Assembly (NCBI GenBank): GCA_017499595.2 | Contig: CM039007.1 | Location: forward strand, 2,480,001 to 2,544,000 | Origin: Psilocybe cubensis | Lineage: Eukaryota | Reading direction: 5' to 3' | Length of the DNA stretch: 64,000 bases | Shown: piece by piece, positions 40,526 through 53,700 of the stretch | Numbering within the stretch: position 1 is the stretch's first letter | Layout of the letters: each line of letters starts with the position of its first letter | Notes under the pieces: generated by a model | What the model was told of the DNA's origin: nothing | The model's input: the letters and a program-made list of their open reading frames with translations, nothing else | Databases searched by the model: none | Position numbers and translations under genes: made by a program

Positions 40526-42335
40526 ATGGATCCGCCAGCTGCGTCCACTTCTGGTAACTCGCAGACCGGCGGTCCGGTAAATCTAGGCGTCAGGAAACGC
40601 GTTGACTCCAATCCTGAATTGGTTGTCGAGTCCAATACATCCACTAATCAAACAAAGAGGCCCAGATTGTCGTCTTCTAGTCTATTCGATCTCAGCTTAG
40701 ACCTATCCCTCGATTCAGATGCCTTCTCTGTTTCTAGCAGCCGGCCGAGGCCTCGTCCATCTGCCATGGCGATTCCCTCCAGTTATGGCCGCCCTGGTTC
40801 TATCGGCTTCGGTGTAAGTCACAACTCTACTTCGACAGTAATAATTCCCTCATGACTATCAATATACAGGCTGATAGGATTGTGAGCCGCAGTATAAGCC
40901 GCAGCTCCCTGTCTCTATTCGATACAAGTTTCGAGGACTTGAGCAACACCAGTATCGAATACACACCGTCTTTACGCCTTGACCGACCTTTAAGTCGACA
41001 CTCATCATTTACGGGTTCCCGCCACGGAAGCCCTTTTGCAAGCAGGGAATTCCTGCCTGTTTCCGATTCGGACGACCCAACTGTGAGACAAATGCGGCTC
41101 GCAGCGAATGAAATTATGTTGCCGGATCCCTTGTCTAGATACCCGGAATCGTCTGCTAAGCACTGGATGCGCAATACGCGTACCACCATTGACTATACGC
41201 CCTCCGCCCCCAATCAGCCATCCGCTCGTCTCCTAGGATGTTCTGTCAACAACTTCGTCTACTTCACCCGCGGAAATCGTGTTCATTATAAGAACATTAA
41301 TGTCAACGCTAACGAAGAGATTGGACAGCTCATGAAGCTGAAGGAGAGTCATGGGAGCCTGCGCGCTCTGGAGGTCAACACCACGTCCCAGCCAGACGTT
41401 ATTGCTATCGGGACGAGCAAAGGCTGCATCCAGCTCTGGGATGTCAAAGCTAAGAAGATGACAGCGTCATGGCACTCTAGCAAAGAAATTTCTGCAATGG
41501 CTTGGAATGGCCCAATCTTGACGATCGGCAGCCTCAAGGGCGTTATACGCAACTACGACACGCGTCTGCCACATTCAAAGATCAAGGAACAATCCCGCAA
41601 ATTCTGTCGTCACGAAGGCGAAATTACAACCCTCCATTGGAGCGTTGACGGAAAGTACCTTGCTAGCGGCGATGCCATCGGCCAGGTCTTGTGCTGGGAA
41701 AATGGGCTTGGACCTCCTATGCAGGTCGGTGAATCGGTTCATCGCCGCAGCAAGAAAATCCAGCAAAGTGGCAAGATATCGGTTAGTGTTTTTTTCCTAG
41801 ATCTCCTGTCCTGTCGCGATACTGACTACTGCCTTCGTCTGTAGTCTGTGGCATGGTGCCCTTGGCAGCCCAAAGTTCTCGCAACTGGAGACATCCGAGG
41901 CATATTGCGGATTTGGAATGTCAGCGAGAATAAGAACTCCAACGCCCTGCCCTCTAAATTAGACGTCAAGTCCGTTATGACGGGCATTCACTTCTCTCCT
42001 CAATGTAAGGAGGTTCTGACGACACAAGGCCCACCTATCGGCGAGCCCATGCCTATGGATTTCAACAACCTCAAGCCGTGGTTTGAAAACTGTCTCGCCG
42101 TCCATTCGTTCCCGTCGTTCTCCACGGTGACCACTATGCGGCTTAGTATCGACAAACCAATCGGATACAGTGTCCTTGATGGTACCGGTACTCGATTGGT
42201 ATACCAAACACCATCGGACGGCAAAATTAATGTCTGCGAGGTGTGTCAAAGCGAAAGGAGCCACCCAAGCTCAAGAAACGCGGAAGCATGTTGAGCATCA
42301 CTAGCTCTGATTCCGCATACTCTCAGATTCGTTGA
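40526..42335 (+). CDS. Divergent Cdc20/Fizzy-family WD40 APC/C activator-like protein (3' end ambiguous)
   Basis: Introns 40814-40869 and 41782-41844. WD repeats IAIGTSKGCIQLWDV, SAMAWNGPILTIGS, HEGEITTLHWSVDGKYLASGD, AWCPWQPKVLATG, IHFSPQCKEVLTT. An IR-stop ends at 42335 in a different frame. Confidence 0.75.
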
Positions 42336-44363
42336 GGTGCATCCCCAGCACAGGAGTTGCGCGACACCATTGTGCTTTATCTCTTTCATCACATCCACAC
42401 CCACCGCCAGCGATACCGTTTAACTTTCCAAATCGACGAGCATTTGACTTGATTTATCTCCTATCTTTTGAATTCTTTTCTAGTCAGTTATTTTTACGTT
42501 CACGACCTCTGACGACCATATGCTCGATGTATGACTTCCACAAGTTTGAAACATCGGACTCACTTTGATATTATCGACATCAAGTGTTGTACTCTAGTGG
42601 CATGTACTGGATTGCATTGTAGGATACGTTATCTTACAATGAAATCATACGCAATTGCCCTAGTTTGAAAATAACATTATCTACACGTCTAAAGTAAACA
42701 TCCAACGACTACGACTTGGGTATGGTTTAGTCAGTTCAATTTGATCTATTTGACAGCAAATGCGACAGTAATTCAGGACACATACTCAAAAAAATGCAGC
42801 GTTTTAATCAGCAAACAAACCTCCTTCATTTTGTACTGGCGACGAAACGAGACGCTGAGGTAACGACACATCTTCTTCCCCCAACTTGATCATTTCCAGC
42901 TCATCTCTCCAGCTAAGTTTGTGGAACTTCAAGTCATCTTCTGGGTCAGGTTTGCAGATAGCTCTGATGCCCGTTTTGTGTGTTTATTAGTCATCGCTGC
43001 CTTCATGAAGGAATTTTTATTGACAATAGTACTAAGTATATCGTGTGTAACTCGTTCTTTTCACCTCTCCCCTTACACAAGTGTTGATGAAGTGAGTTCG
43101 TTTATGGCTCACACATACAGCGGCCACATTGTACCGGGGAGAGTTGCACTTCCAGGCTCCCTCGCTTGTCACATGTCATCATGATCCTCCACATTTCAGA
43201 ATCCTACTTACGACGTCATTTGGGTATTCTCACAGATGTACCTCAATCGAACACGACAGTATAACACAGCATACCTACCTCCTTACTGTCTCTTTACTCA
43301 CTTGTATGCTTTTATTAGTAGCCTCAGATTACAGATATCAATGGGTTTAGCGCTGTAGTCTGTCATGCAAGCTATTTTTATCACCGGTCGCCATCATCAT
43401 CATCCTCTTCAATCGTCACAGTCTGTATTCGCTTCGGTAACTTCGAGGATAGACTGCTACTTAAATTCAATAAGTCTCTCTCAGATAAAAGTTCTTTTGT
43501 TCAATCTGGCGGGTCCAAGTCAGGGATGGCTTATCGCCACATCGGGTGACAACACCGATCATTTTTCTTGGCAGTTTGATCACAATACACTTCCTTTTTA
43601 GTCAAATAACACAAACCTTCTGAGCTTCATGAGCAGGGCTGCTTAGGTTACGGTCATCCAATTGTGCAATGAGGCGTGGAAGGTTGGGAAATGTAAGCCG
43701 GATATAAGACCGGCTGAAAAATAGTTCAAGCGCCGAAGATTACCATCAGGGCTCACGCTCACGGCGATGCTTATGTTTTTGGTTCTTGGTCAACATCGGA
43801 AAAAATTTCCCAGCACCGTTTCAGCGGTAGTGATCAACGTAAATATATCTGTAGTGTATACTATATTGCCAGCGTGCAGGTGTATCTGTAGATTTCAACG
43901 TGAGCATAGGCAAGAATTGAGATTTGCGCCGTCCTACCGTACTCGATGTCCATCGACGCCGTCCCGTTGGTTAGTGCAATATACTGCAGTTTATAAGTAA
44001 GCCTTTAGTACCGATATGAACCTATCCCATGTGGAAAATGATGCTGCAATGCAATCAGACGTCTATCTGATAGAACGGCTATAGGGTTGCACGATGCTTT
44101 CTGCCAGATTCTTTATCGTTCCAGAATTCAGTTTGGCAACTTTACCTTAACGTATGAATGGTTTATTGCCAGTAACTTGTGACAAAAGGTTAGAATCCAA
44201 CGAGTCAAGGCTAAACGATGACGAATTTGTGGTATATTAGATTGCGAGGAGAATGGAGTTTGTGGCGGTGTAAAATGTAGAGGCGCAGAACGAAACAAAG
44301 GAGGCCCAGAATAAAGTCAAAAACTCTACAGCAAAACGATAAAGACAAAGGCTCTTGCAACTC

Positions 44364-44911
44364 CTAATGAGCAGGTAAGCTCGAGTTCCGATCGGTACGA
44401 TTGTAGTTCCCCAGCATTGAGGACCGTCCGGTAAGGAATATACCGAACCTTTGAGTCCTCGGAGCTTGGCGGAATGCAATTGTGGTCTCCGGAGCGACAT
44501 TTTCTTGCTCTAGCTTTTCATCCGCGCTTTGCTGCTGAAAGCGGTGAGGACTACGACTACGACTACGATGCCTTGGACCCACGGAGGCATAAGATAGTTC
44601 ACGGCTATCCCATAGCCTCCGATGACGTGGAGCCACCGGAGATCTATTCGGTGGTTCCACTTGCCGAATTTCGTTGGGCGCTAGGAAATGTTATTAAGCG
44701 TGAGACGTGGACGGATGGCTGTGTTCTGTGAAGCCAACTCACGGAGCATAGAGGATGACGAATCATCTTGCGATTGTAATGTAGACTCAATTTCTTGAGA
44801 GTTGGAGACAGAAGAGTCAGTGCTAGGAGGGTTGCGACCCGTTACCAGAAGTCTGGGGGGGATCGAGGGCGGCGGTGACGGCGATGTGGAGAAGTGCGAT
44901 GTCAAAGGCAT
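44364..44911 (-). other. Possible small disordered protein gene or pseudogene (two out-of-frame Ser/Pro/Arg-rich ORFs)
   Basis: ORFs 44681-44920 and 44364-44660 read like one disordered protein, but they are separated by a stop and a frame change with no obvious intron. Confidence 0.25.
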
Positions 44912-46709
44912 CAACAACACTCGTACACGCCCTACATTAAGTCGAGTGGAGAACCAAGGATGAGCATGTAATCAGTGTGTGAGTACCTTTGCATGATTAC
45001 TTACTTTGTGATTCGGTATCTACGTGGCCTTGGTTGGCTCGAAGCATTCTTAGAAGTTCTATGTAAGAAGCTTTGTGGTCTGTAAGTTTAGCTGGACATG
45101 ATGCCCATAGAAATAAAACAATCCCAGCGGACTCGAGAGTTTTTCGAGCCAACTATTAATAAATGCAGTCAGTAGTCAAGTTGCAAGTAGATTGCAATAT
45201 CAGGTTACCTCTATAATGTCAATGATCTAAAGAATAGTCATGAGTACGTGCGTTAAGGTAAAATTTTAAGTAATGATAACAAGCACTAACCTGGTTCTGA
45301 TATATTGAAAAGTTCGAAGCGAGAGTTGCAAAGTCCAGTAGATCTTTGGATGCAGAGACGAAGTTTGACAGAGACCTAATCTGATAGCTGATATTGGCGA
45401 TTCTGGTTTCGCATCTAAATGTGTGCGCCAATGATCCCTCAGGGGATGAGGGATATTGCTGTATAGTAAATGAAGATATACTACTCTGAGGTTTGAGCAT
45501 GGCCGCAGGCGATAAGACGGGTTTGAAGCAGGCGCTCAACCAAGATGAAGGTCAATGGCAAGCTGTAAATGACGATCCAAAATCAGCGGTTGTTGGCATT
45601 TACAAACTACGGCACTCCCCGGAGCCGCAATTTTAGACGACCTGCCCCATTGTGCCCTTCAATGCGGTTGTACACCATCCCTGTTACCCACCTCCCCTGT
45701 CAGATGATATATTTTTGTGTCATCCCCCATTTTATAGCCACATTTGAATCTGTTTCGCAGCGTTTTGCTGCGATAAACGAGGAATCTTCACACCATCTGA
45801 GTTTCAAAGCGTGGAAGTAGGATGGTCCGTGGGATCAAGACAAATAGATGACAACTTCAAACAACAACAGGTAGCCACATCTCTAACCCCTGGGCCCAGG
45901 AAACTGCCCGTAAACAGCGTAATATATGCCTAGAATGAGATTTTCTTTTTTTTTTGCTTAATAGGTCCTACGCTTTCTGATCTGTTGTTCGATCAGTGGC
46001 ACATGGGAAACATGACCACTACGGTGTCGTACTGACTCATGGTCAACAGCTCCAAAACGCTTATCCGTTAATGTCCGTCTGCATATTATCCACTCCGCCA
46101 TTCCTACGCTGCTTCGAAAAGGAAGGCCTTGAAGCCCTTGTTATCTGAGATGAAGTCCTCTACTTTTCAGGATGCAGATGATTGCATTCCTATTCTACAG
46201 TGGAATCAATTCCACCATTTCTGGCACGCAGGGGCATTCAAAAAGTGTTAAACAACTATTAGAGATATTTATATTGAAGAAGCCTGGTCACCGAGGTCAT
46301 CGGTCAGGAATTTTCTCTTTCTCTCGGACGATAGGAGGCCGTTAAAGAATAGACTCGGTAGTGATAGCTAGTAATAGGGGAACGTGTGATATAAGACTCT
46401 ATTTCTTGTATAAAGAAAGACGACCTGCGCACTTTTTTCTATGTGCAGAGCTCTATTTTTTTTTACCATTTAGTATGTCTTATTATTTGCTGCCTGGTGG
46501 GTAACAGTGACTTTCAACGCGGGTAAGTCGGGCAACGGCTCAAAACATGTCAACTACAGTGGTAATAAAATCCAAATATCACAACGACTAGTGTATATGT
46601 CTATAAAGAACGTATATACAGTCAGCATGAATAACATCTCTCCGTGCTTAAGGCATTTCAGCCCATTTCAGTCATCCTCCTCCAAGAATTCAAAGACCGC
46701 GAGCAGTGC

Positions 46710-46786
46710 CACGTGACATGTGTCCATATTGATTTGAGACTCCGATCCACGCGTCGTGTATCATTGGCGCGACTTGGTTCGTGACA
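46710..46786 (+). promoter_or_regulatory. MCB-type element (ACGCGT) with CACGTG and GTGACA motifs upstream of MCM10
   Basis: ACGCGT at 46749-46754, CACGTGAC at 46710-46717 and GTGACA at 46781-46786, all within 100 bp of the ATG. MCB boxes are known at fungal S-phase genes. Confidence 0.5.
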
Positions 46787-46807
46787 ATTTGAACACCACC
46801 CTTTGCC

Positions 46808-49253
46808 ATGAACTCCTCAACAAGCCGAAATGCTGCAAAAAAGCAAACCCAGGAGGAAATTAAGAGGCAGATAGCACTGCTTCAAGCATGTTTGGAGCCT
46901 GAATCTGAATCTGAGACGACGCCAATGGTGAGGTCACCGAAGAGGAAGAGTGTGGATCAGCCTGTAACGTTGGCGCCAGCGACACCGTCACCAAGTGAGT
47001 TCTATGAACCAGATACTTGAAACACGTTGATCTTTTGTAACTTAGAAAAGAAGAGAAAAACAGACGATCGTTGCTTGGGGAAACCCATTGCCAGACCGGT
47101 ATTTCACTCAACGTCTCCGAATATATCGCGTCTTGTGGCAAGTAGCAGCAAACCGCCCCAGCAATTCACAAAACTTGCTCCTTCAAACATAATAAACAAG
47201 TTAGCAAGCATCACTCAGAAAGGGGATGGGGAGGATGCACCAGAGGCACACCCACGCTCTGCAGCATTCACTGACCGACCTGTAAAGCCATCACCTGTTG
47301 ACCATGAGATACACGGACATAAACGCGATGAACGGCTGGCTCTCATAGAGAATATAGAACCGGGCCCATATCAACATACGCCGCCCACCGACGACCCCAA
47401 TTTCGAGAAGCTAGAGCCTCATTCAGGCATTGCCATGGTGTATGTTTCATTTCCCCTCGACATCAATTTTTTCTTATGATTTATTACAGCTCACGGACAA
47501 TACCACATGAGGAATTTAATGATCATTTGGCGGGGCGATACTATCTTTCACCATCCCGTCTTTATTCGTCCATCAGGTTACTTCCCGATAAGCAGGGCTA
47601 TGACGTCTCTGTACCAGGCGACTGGATCACCATCGCCGTAGTGGCAGAGCGAGGTCCGATCAAGTTCACGCGCGCACCGGTCGCAATCGAGCGGGAGAGT
47701 GGAGATCCCGATGCTAATAAGAAGCATTGGAAGGGCAAGAACAGAGACAACGAGCCTGAAAAGCCAGGCGGAAAGAAGTTCGTCAATTTGAAGCTGGTGG
47801 ATTTCGGTGCGCGGTCGGGGTCGACGTCGTCGGCGACGGGGCGCACGCCAACGATTAGGGGTGATGCATTTTTGACGCTGCTGCTTTTTGAGGCGGATGG
47901 GTTTGATTTGATACCCAGGGATGATGGAAGGAAGCCGGAGAAGATTTATAAAGGCGGGAGTCGAGGCGCGTTTGAGCATCTTACGAATGTGAAAGAAGGG
48001 GATGTCATTGCGTTGTTGAATCCCAGAATACTAAAGCCTTTCCAGGCGAGTATAACTGTCACCATGTTCTATCCGTTTAATTTCTAACGATGTACTTCTG
48101 ACAGAGGTCGAATGATAGTCCTCATCCAGTGAACAATATTCTGGCTCTAACCCCAGAATCTGCGTCTTCTATCATGGTTCTTGGACGTGCGCGGGATCTG
48201 GGTATGTGTACTGTTCGAAAACAAGACGGAAAGATATGTGGTAGCTGGTGTGATAAGCGACTGAGCGAAGTTTGTGATTACCATGTTCAAAACGCTGTCC
48301 AGCGGCGCAGAGCAGCGCGGCCTGAATTCTCCGTCGGGTGAGCAAATTTTCTAATGCGAGTTTGGTATTGGATGTATTAATGCCCCTCTTTTCCATTTTC
48401 CCTAGTACTTCTGGAATGTCTACGTCCGCGACTCATAAGAGCAAAAACGCTTATGATCCGTTACGCAAATGGGGTCTCAAACCATCAGATGAGGTTTCTG
48501 GTAATGGAGCGACGTATATGGTCGCGGGGCATGTCGTCTCTGGGTCATCTGCTGACCCTAGGACAATGTTTGTTGGAGAAACTATAGGAAGAGAAGGACA
48601 AGCCAGGGCGAAGCGGATAATGGATAACAAAGACTCCGATCGAGCACTCAAAGCACTGCTGCAGCGAGATAAGGAGGGCATGAAGGCTGTCATGAAAGCT
48701 AGGGAGGTGAATCGCCAGCTCACGAAAAGTGGAAAGGACAACAAAAGCGTGGGTACTACGACAAAGAAAAGAAAGAAAGATCAGGAGGGCAGCGATGAAG
48801 AGGATCAAGGGGGTCAGAGTGACACCAAGATTGACAATCTCCGGAAGACAGCATATTCCGCTGGAATCATCAAATCTCTAGGTTTCGACCCCTCGTTGAA
48901 ACCAGGTCAACGAAGAGTGGAAACAAAGGGTGTCCAACAGAAGGTGCGCTTTGTGTGTACTGCCGTATTTTCTATGACAATTTATATTTTTGCCGTTGAA
49001 CTAGCTAGAAACTCTTGAAGCGCTACTACAGGGAAGAAAAGACATTGCGTTGGGTCCTAAGCCTGGTCCGCGGATTCGATCTGGAGTCACAGCGCCCAAA
49101 CGAGATAAGGTGGCACCGGAAGAGCCAAGAGAGCAAATGTGTGATTTGGACAGTGACTCGAATGACGAGTTGCCAGAGAAGATGACGCTGGCCCCCAAGG
49201 CGATAGACAAGAATGAACCAGAAACTAAAATGGTGGATCTTGACGACTTCTGA
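46808..49253 (+). CDS. MCM10: DNA replication factor Mcm10
   Basis: OB-fold segment (DWITIAVVAE, LTLLLF, EGDVIALLNP) followed by ARDLGMCTVRKQDGKICGSWCDKRLSEVCDYH, the Mcm10 CCCH zinc finger. Six exons. Confidence 0.9.
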
Positions 49254-49430
49254 TTTCCTTTCGCCTCTCAATCTTTATGACTACGGATCTAGTGTACTTT
49301 TATTAACTTGCGGGTCGGAATTCAGAGATCAATGGTATATTGACACAACAGCGACTATCAAATGGTTAAAGTGTATAAGCTACAAGGATGAAGCAAGAGA
49401 GCAAATATTACAATAGTCCTTTAGGTATGG

Positions 49431-50171
49431 TTATGATTTGCCATTGGTTTCTACTTCCATTTTATCATCGTCGTTGCTGATATCGTCCGCGGAGGGTACT
49501 GGTGCAGAGGTTGCAGCACCAAGGGCTACAGAAGTACCAGGCTGTTGAGCAACATCCCTGGGAAGAGTAAGGCTCAGCGCGACGAAAGCGATGCATAGGC
49601 CATAGATACACACCATTTGATGCTGAAAGATGTCACACGAGGTTTCGTACTAATGTCTCTCACCAGGCGATTAAACATAATTTGTGGGGGTGGGGTGATG
49701 TTCATCTCTTCATTGTCGTATTCCGTATTCTGGTAGTATCCCACTCGCACAAATTCTTGGTCTTTGTAAGATCCTGTTAGGATGAGAGCTGACACTCCGA
49801 GCACATCATCCGTGGGTATTCGCGAGGGATCAGGCGCACAGCCTTCAAATTCGAATGAGTTGACTCCCTTTGGAACGGGACCAACAAGACAATCATCGAG
49901 TTCTTGATCCAGCTCTTCGTCGCCAGGACATGATACGAAAATAAGCCTCCACTCGAGATCTTCAAAGTAATCAGAATTTCGAGTCTGAATATCCAAAAAT
50001 GCGAGACATACCATCTTCTAGTGGTGCCATGCATTCAAAGGTGACACGAAATCGGTATACATCCGAGAAGCGCGCTGGGTTGTTCATAAACTCGACATTC
50101 TGGAAACCCGAGGCGTCAATCCTAATGAATCTTTGAAAGGAAGGTAAATGTACCCTGATCGTGACAGCCAT
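49431..50171 (-). CDS. ASF1: Histone chaperone Asf1
   Basis: NNPARF..FRVTFECMAPLEDDLEWRLIFV..DQELDDCLVGPVPKGVNSFEFE..GVSALILTGSYKDQEFVRVGYY..KPRVTSFSIKWD. Confidence 0.95.
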
Positions 50172-50279
50172 TTGAGACAGATCTTCGGTAGTATATACGA
50201 AAATTCAGTGGAGATGTGTGAAAGGATACACTTGAAAAATACAAAGGTCGCGAATGGTAGAAATATAAGAAGCGTTTCG

Positions 50280-50541
50280 ACGCGACCGTGACAGGGTGAT
50301 AACAGCATGTCACATGTTCACGTGCCATTGTGACAAACTTGGCCGAGACTATTGAAAGAAAAGTATTTGTATATTATAGGTAGAAAAGTTGGAGATAAAA
50401 TAATAAAGTAGAATTATAAAAGAGGACTCTCCTTGTCTCTAAACCTTACAGATTTTTTCCGTATTTTTCTTACATATGGCCCATCCGGAATTATCAAGGA
50501 GGATTGACCTATTCTGGACATAACTGCACGTGAATGTGACA
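50280..50541. promoter_or_regulatory. Bidirectional promoter region between ASF1 and the RasGEF gene, with ACGCGA, CACGTG x2 and GTGACA/TGTCAC x4
   Basis: ACGCGA at 50280. GTGACA at 50288, 50330 and 50536. TGTCAC at 50308. CACGTG at 50319 and 50527. Confidence 0.4.
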
Positions 50542-50796
50542 CACGATTATTATTCCTGATTTTAGACGTCGGCCTTTCTTTCTCCTCACTGACGACGACC
50601 AGCGACGAGCAAGTTCACGCATTGTATCAGTACGTATAGATCTAATACAATATTATATAGGCTAACTGTTTTCTAGTAAAGCACGCTTCACTTTGAGGCC
50701 ACCGGCTCAGAGGTCCACCCTACGACTTCCAAATTGCTGAACCATGTCATATTGATCGTCGACGCTGACTCTCGCGCTTATATTCATTATCCTACC

Positions 50797-53700
50797 ATGT
50801 CCGATACGATACAAATCGACACCACCATCCCTGATGTCCAGATACTGCCCGACACTAATCCCTCATCGACAGTACAAATACCAGTAATTGAAGCTCCAGA
50901 ATCCATTTTGGCTGTTGATCAGCTCGACGGCCCTTCTTTAGCATCTACTCTCAAATTACCGGAAACTTCTCCTCAATATCTGTCACCATCTCTACCTGTT
51001 GCCCCGACACCCCATGTCTTCTCACTTGCCGACCTGCGTGAAGAAAATGGAGAGTTGGATTTGGGCCCTGATGTAGCTTTGAGCGACATCAGCGTTGCAC
51101 GTATGTTCTCTTATCACCCTGTTGATGGTCAACTCTCACCGTCACCACCCCATCAGCTGATGGCAGTTTCATTGAAACGTCGTCTGGACCGACAGCTCAT
51201 ATTCTGAAGAGAAGATACGACCAGTTGGCAGGCGTTGGTCCTTCCGTTCGTTCTCCCTATGCTATAACAGCTTTCGTAAATCAACATGGGAAATCAATGT
51301 ACCGCATTGGGTCCGTATATTGCTTCCTTGAGCATCCGTTTTACGAGAACTGACGATGCACCTTAGCCATCGCGGCAAAAACTCTGCTCCTGCTGCCTCT
51401 GCAGCTGATGCCGACGACCTTTTAGCGCAACCAAAGAACTCAAGTGACGCCTCGCATTCTCCTCGTACACAGCGCCGGTCTCGGCTGAGCATGCATTTTC
51501 TCCAACCCGGAATGTTTGCCAAAACCTCTATCCCCCCAACTAGTCGTCCTCCTATTGTATCTAATACTCCTTCAATATCCAAGAAGCTCCGGAAGACTCG
51601 GTCCATACCCGATATGTCTAGCTCCGAACCCACCATCACTTCTGCGCCCACATTTGCAGTTACAGGTAGGGGTCACTCGCAGAGTGTTACTGCCATGGAC
51701 ATTCCTCGACTTCCCATGCCATTTGCCTCATATCCTCCTCCTCGTCCAATCGACGCATTTGCAGAATTGTTGGATTGGTTCAACCCTTTGACCTCAACAG
51801 CCGACTTTTCCAACCAAAGCCTATTCACCCCTGATACGTCATCTCCAGATGCCCCTAAAACTCGTCCGACAGTACCACAACCATTTGGTCCGAATGTCGT
51901 TTTCAAGTCGCCAGCTATCAAGGTCGCACCAAACCCTCCACCCAGGCATCTGCGAGAAATGCAATCTTTTGAGTCTGGGCGAACGGCTCGTCAATGTGAT
52001 TCCCAAGAGAGTCTGCCAGGCAGCGATTCACCCGTGCCTTCCTCTGATGATGCGTCGGGTACGGCTGGTGAAAGGAGTCGTCCTGCCTCAGCTATTCGTT
52101 TAAGTTTACTCTCTGAGGTTTCTATTGATTCCGACACGCATAGTGATCCGCCTGCTGAAGCGGAACCTGATGTGGCACCAATGGCCGAGGGTAATCGACT
52201 GTCAACTCAATATTCCACCGAAGTCTTCAATGTGCTCCAAACGTACCGTGGTCTTCCTATGTTTGAAAAATTGGTGCCGGAAATCGACAACGACAACGTG
52301 ATCAAACTTTCTTTGGCTGCCGACCAGAGTGCAGCCCCGAGAGACGACCCTCGTTTCGTTCTTTGGGGAGAGACGCAAGTTGAGTCTGAGGCGGACGATT
52401 TCAATTCGAAATCGCGCGACAGCTTGACGGATGTTTCGTCGTCCAATCCGTCTTCGAGCATATCAAAAAGACGAAGCAGCAAAGTTTCCAAGTTCAAGTC
52501 CCCCGACGCTTCAGCCGCCAGTCTTCCCAAGCAGGGGCAGCGGGTGCTTTTGGCAGCTACAATCGAACGTTGGATCGCGCAGCTCACCAGCGACTTGAAT
52601 TACGACGAACTCCTTAACTTCTTTCTGACATATCGGACGTATGTCCCAGCTGTGGATCTTTGCCATTTGTTCATATGTCGCTTCCATTGGGCACTTCAGA
52701 CTGGCGCTTCCAGACAAGACGAAACTGTCCGTCGCATTGTTCGTGTGCGAACGTTTGTCGCTATTCGATATTGGCTGTTGACTTTTTTCACTGTCGACTT
52801 TATACCGAATCGTGAATTAAGGTTGTTAATTGCGGACTGGCTGAACACTTTGATCGAGGATCCGATATTAAAGAAACACAGTGATGCGACCGTAAGATAT
52901 TATCACGCTTACTGGACCTTAGATCTAACATTGCCATGAATCTTACAGGATATTGTCAAGAGGTTGATCAAAGTTGCAAAGGAATGCAAACGGGCCCACA
53001 TCCGCACTGAAAAACCTAAAGAAAACAAGTCTAGCTCAGACAATGAAGAACGCCCTGTCGATCACTTACTGGGTAAAAGCTTCGCTGAGGCTATTCGGAA
53101 GTTACCTCAAGAAGACCACGATTCGATCCTCGACCTTGATTTTCTTCCGGACGAAGCTAAAACTGAAGAACTTTCCGGCTTCCCGATCGATTCAGCCAAC
53201 GCCCATCTCACAGCAGGCGCCGTTGGTGGTACCGTCCTTTCACCGAATCGGCCATCATCGCTTCCGCTTTCATCGTTCAACATTCTTCAACGCACGGACC
53301 ATGCTCCAGGACCAAGCGCAGATGTCGATTTGCCTTTCGTTGAGAATACGGCTCCCGTTCTTCTCGGCCACCACCATAGCGCCTTGTCGAGAGCTTTCGT
53401 CAGGACAATTGGCAGACTTGGGCGTTGGAAGCGTGTTTTGAACCAGAAGTCAGCGGTTCGTCCTGCCAACACCCTGGGTGCCTGTGGTGTTGGAGATCAA
53501 GCTTTCGATCTTGACCTCAACGCTGCTCGGGATCTTCTCACTGTAAACGGTGGCGTTGAGAACTACCTCAGGATGGTAGAACCTCCGGCCCCGAGGCCCA
53601 GCTCCTCCGAGATCATCGTTGCCCCTCTGGAAAGCCATTCTCGGACTCCTTCTCTCCTTGTTTTACCGCCATTGCCATCTGCACCACCAACTCCTTCAGT

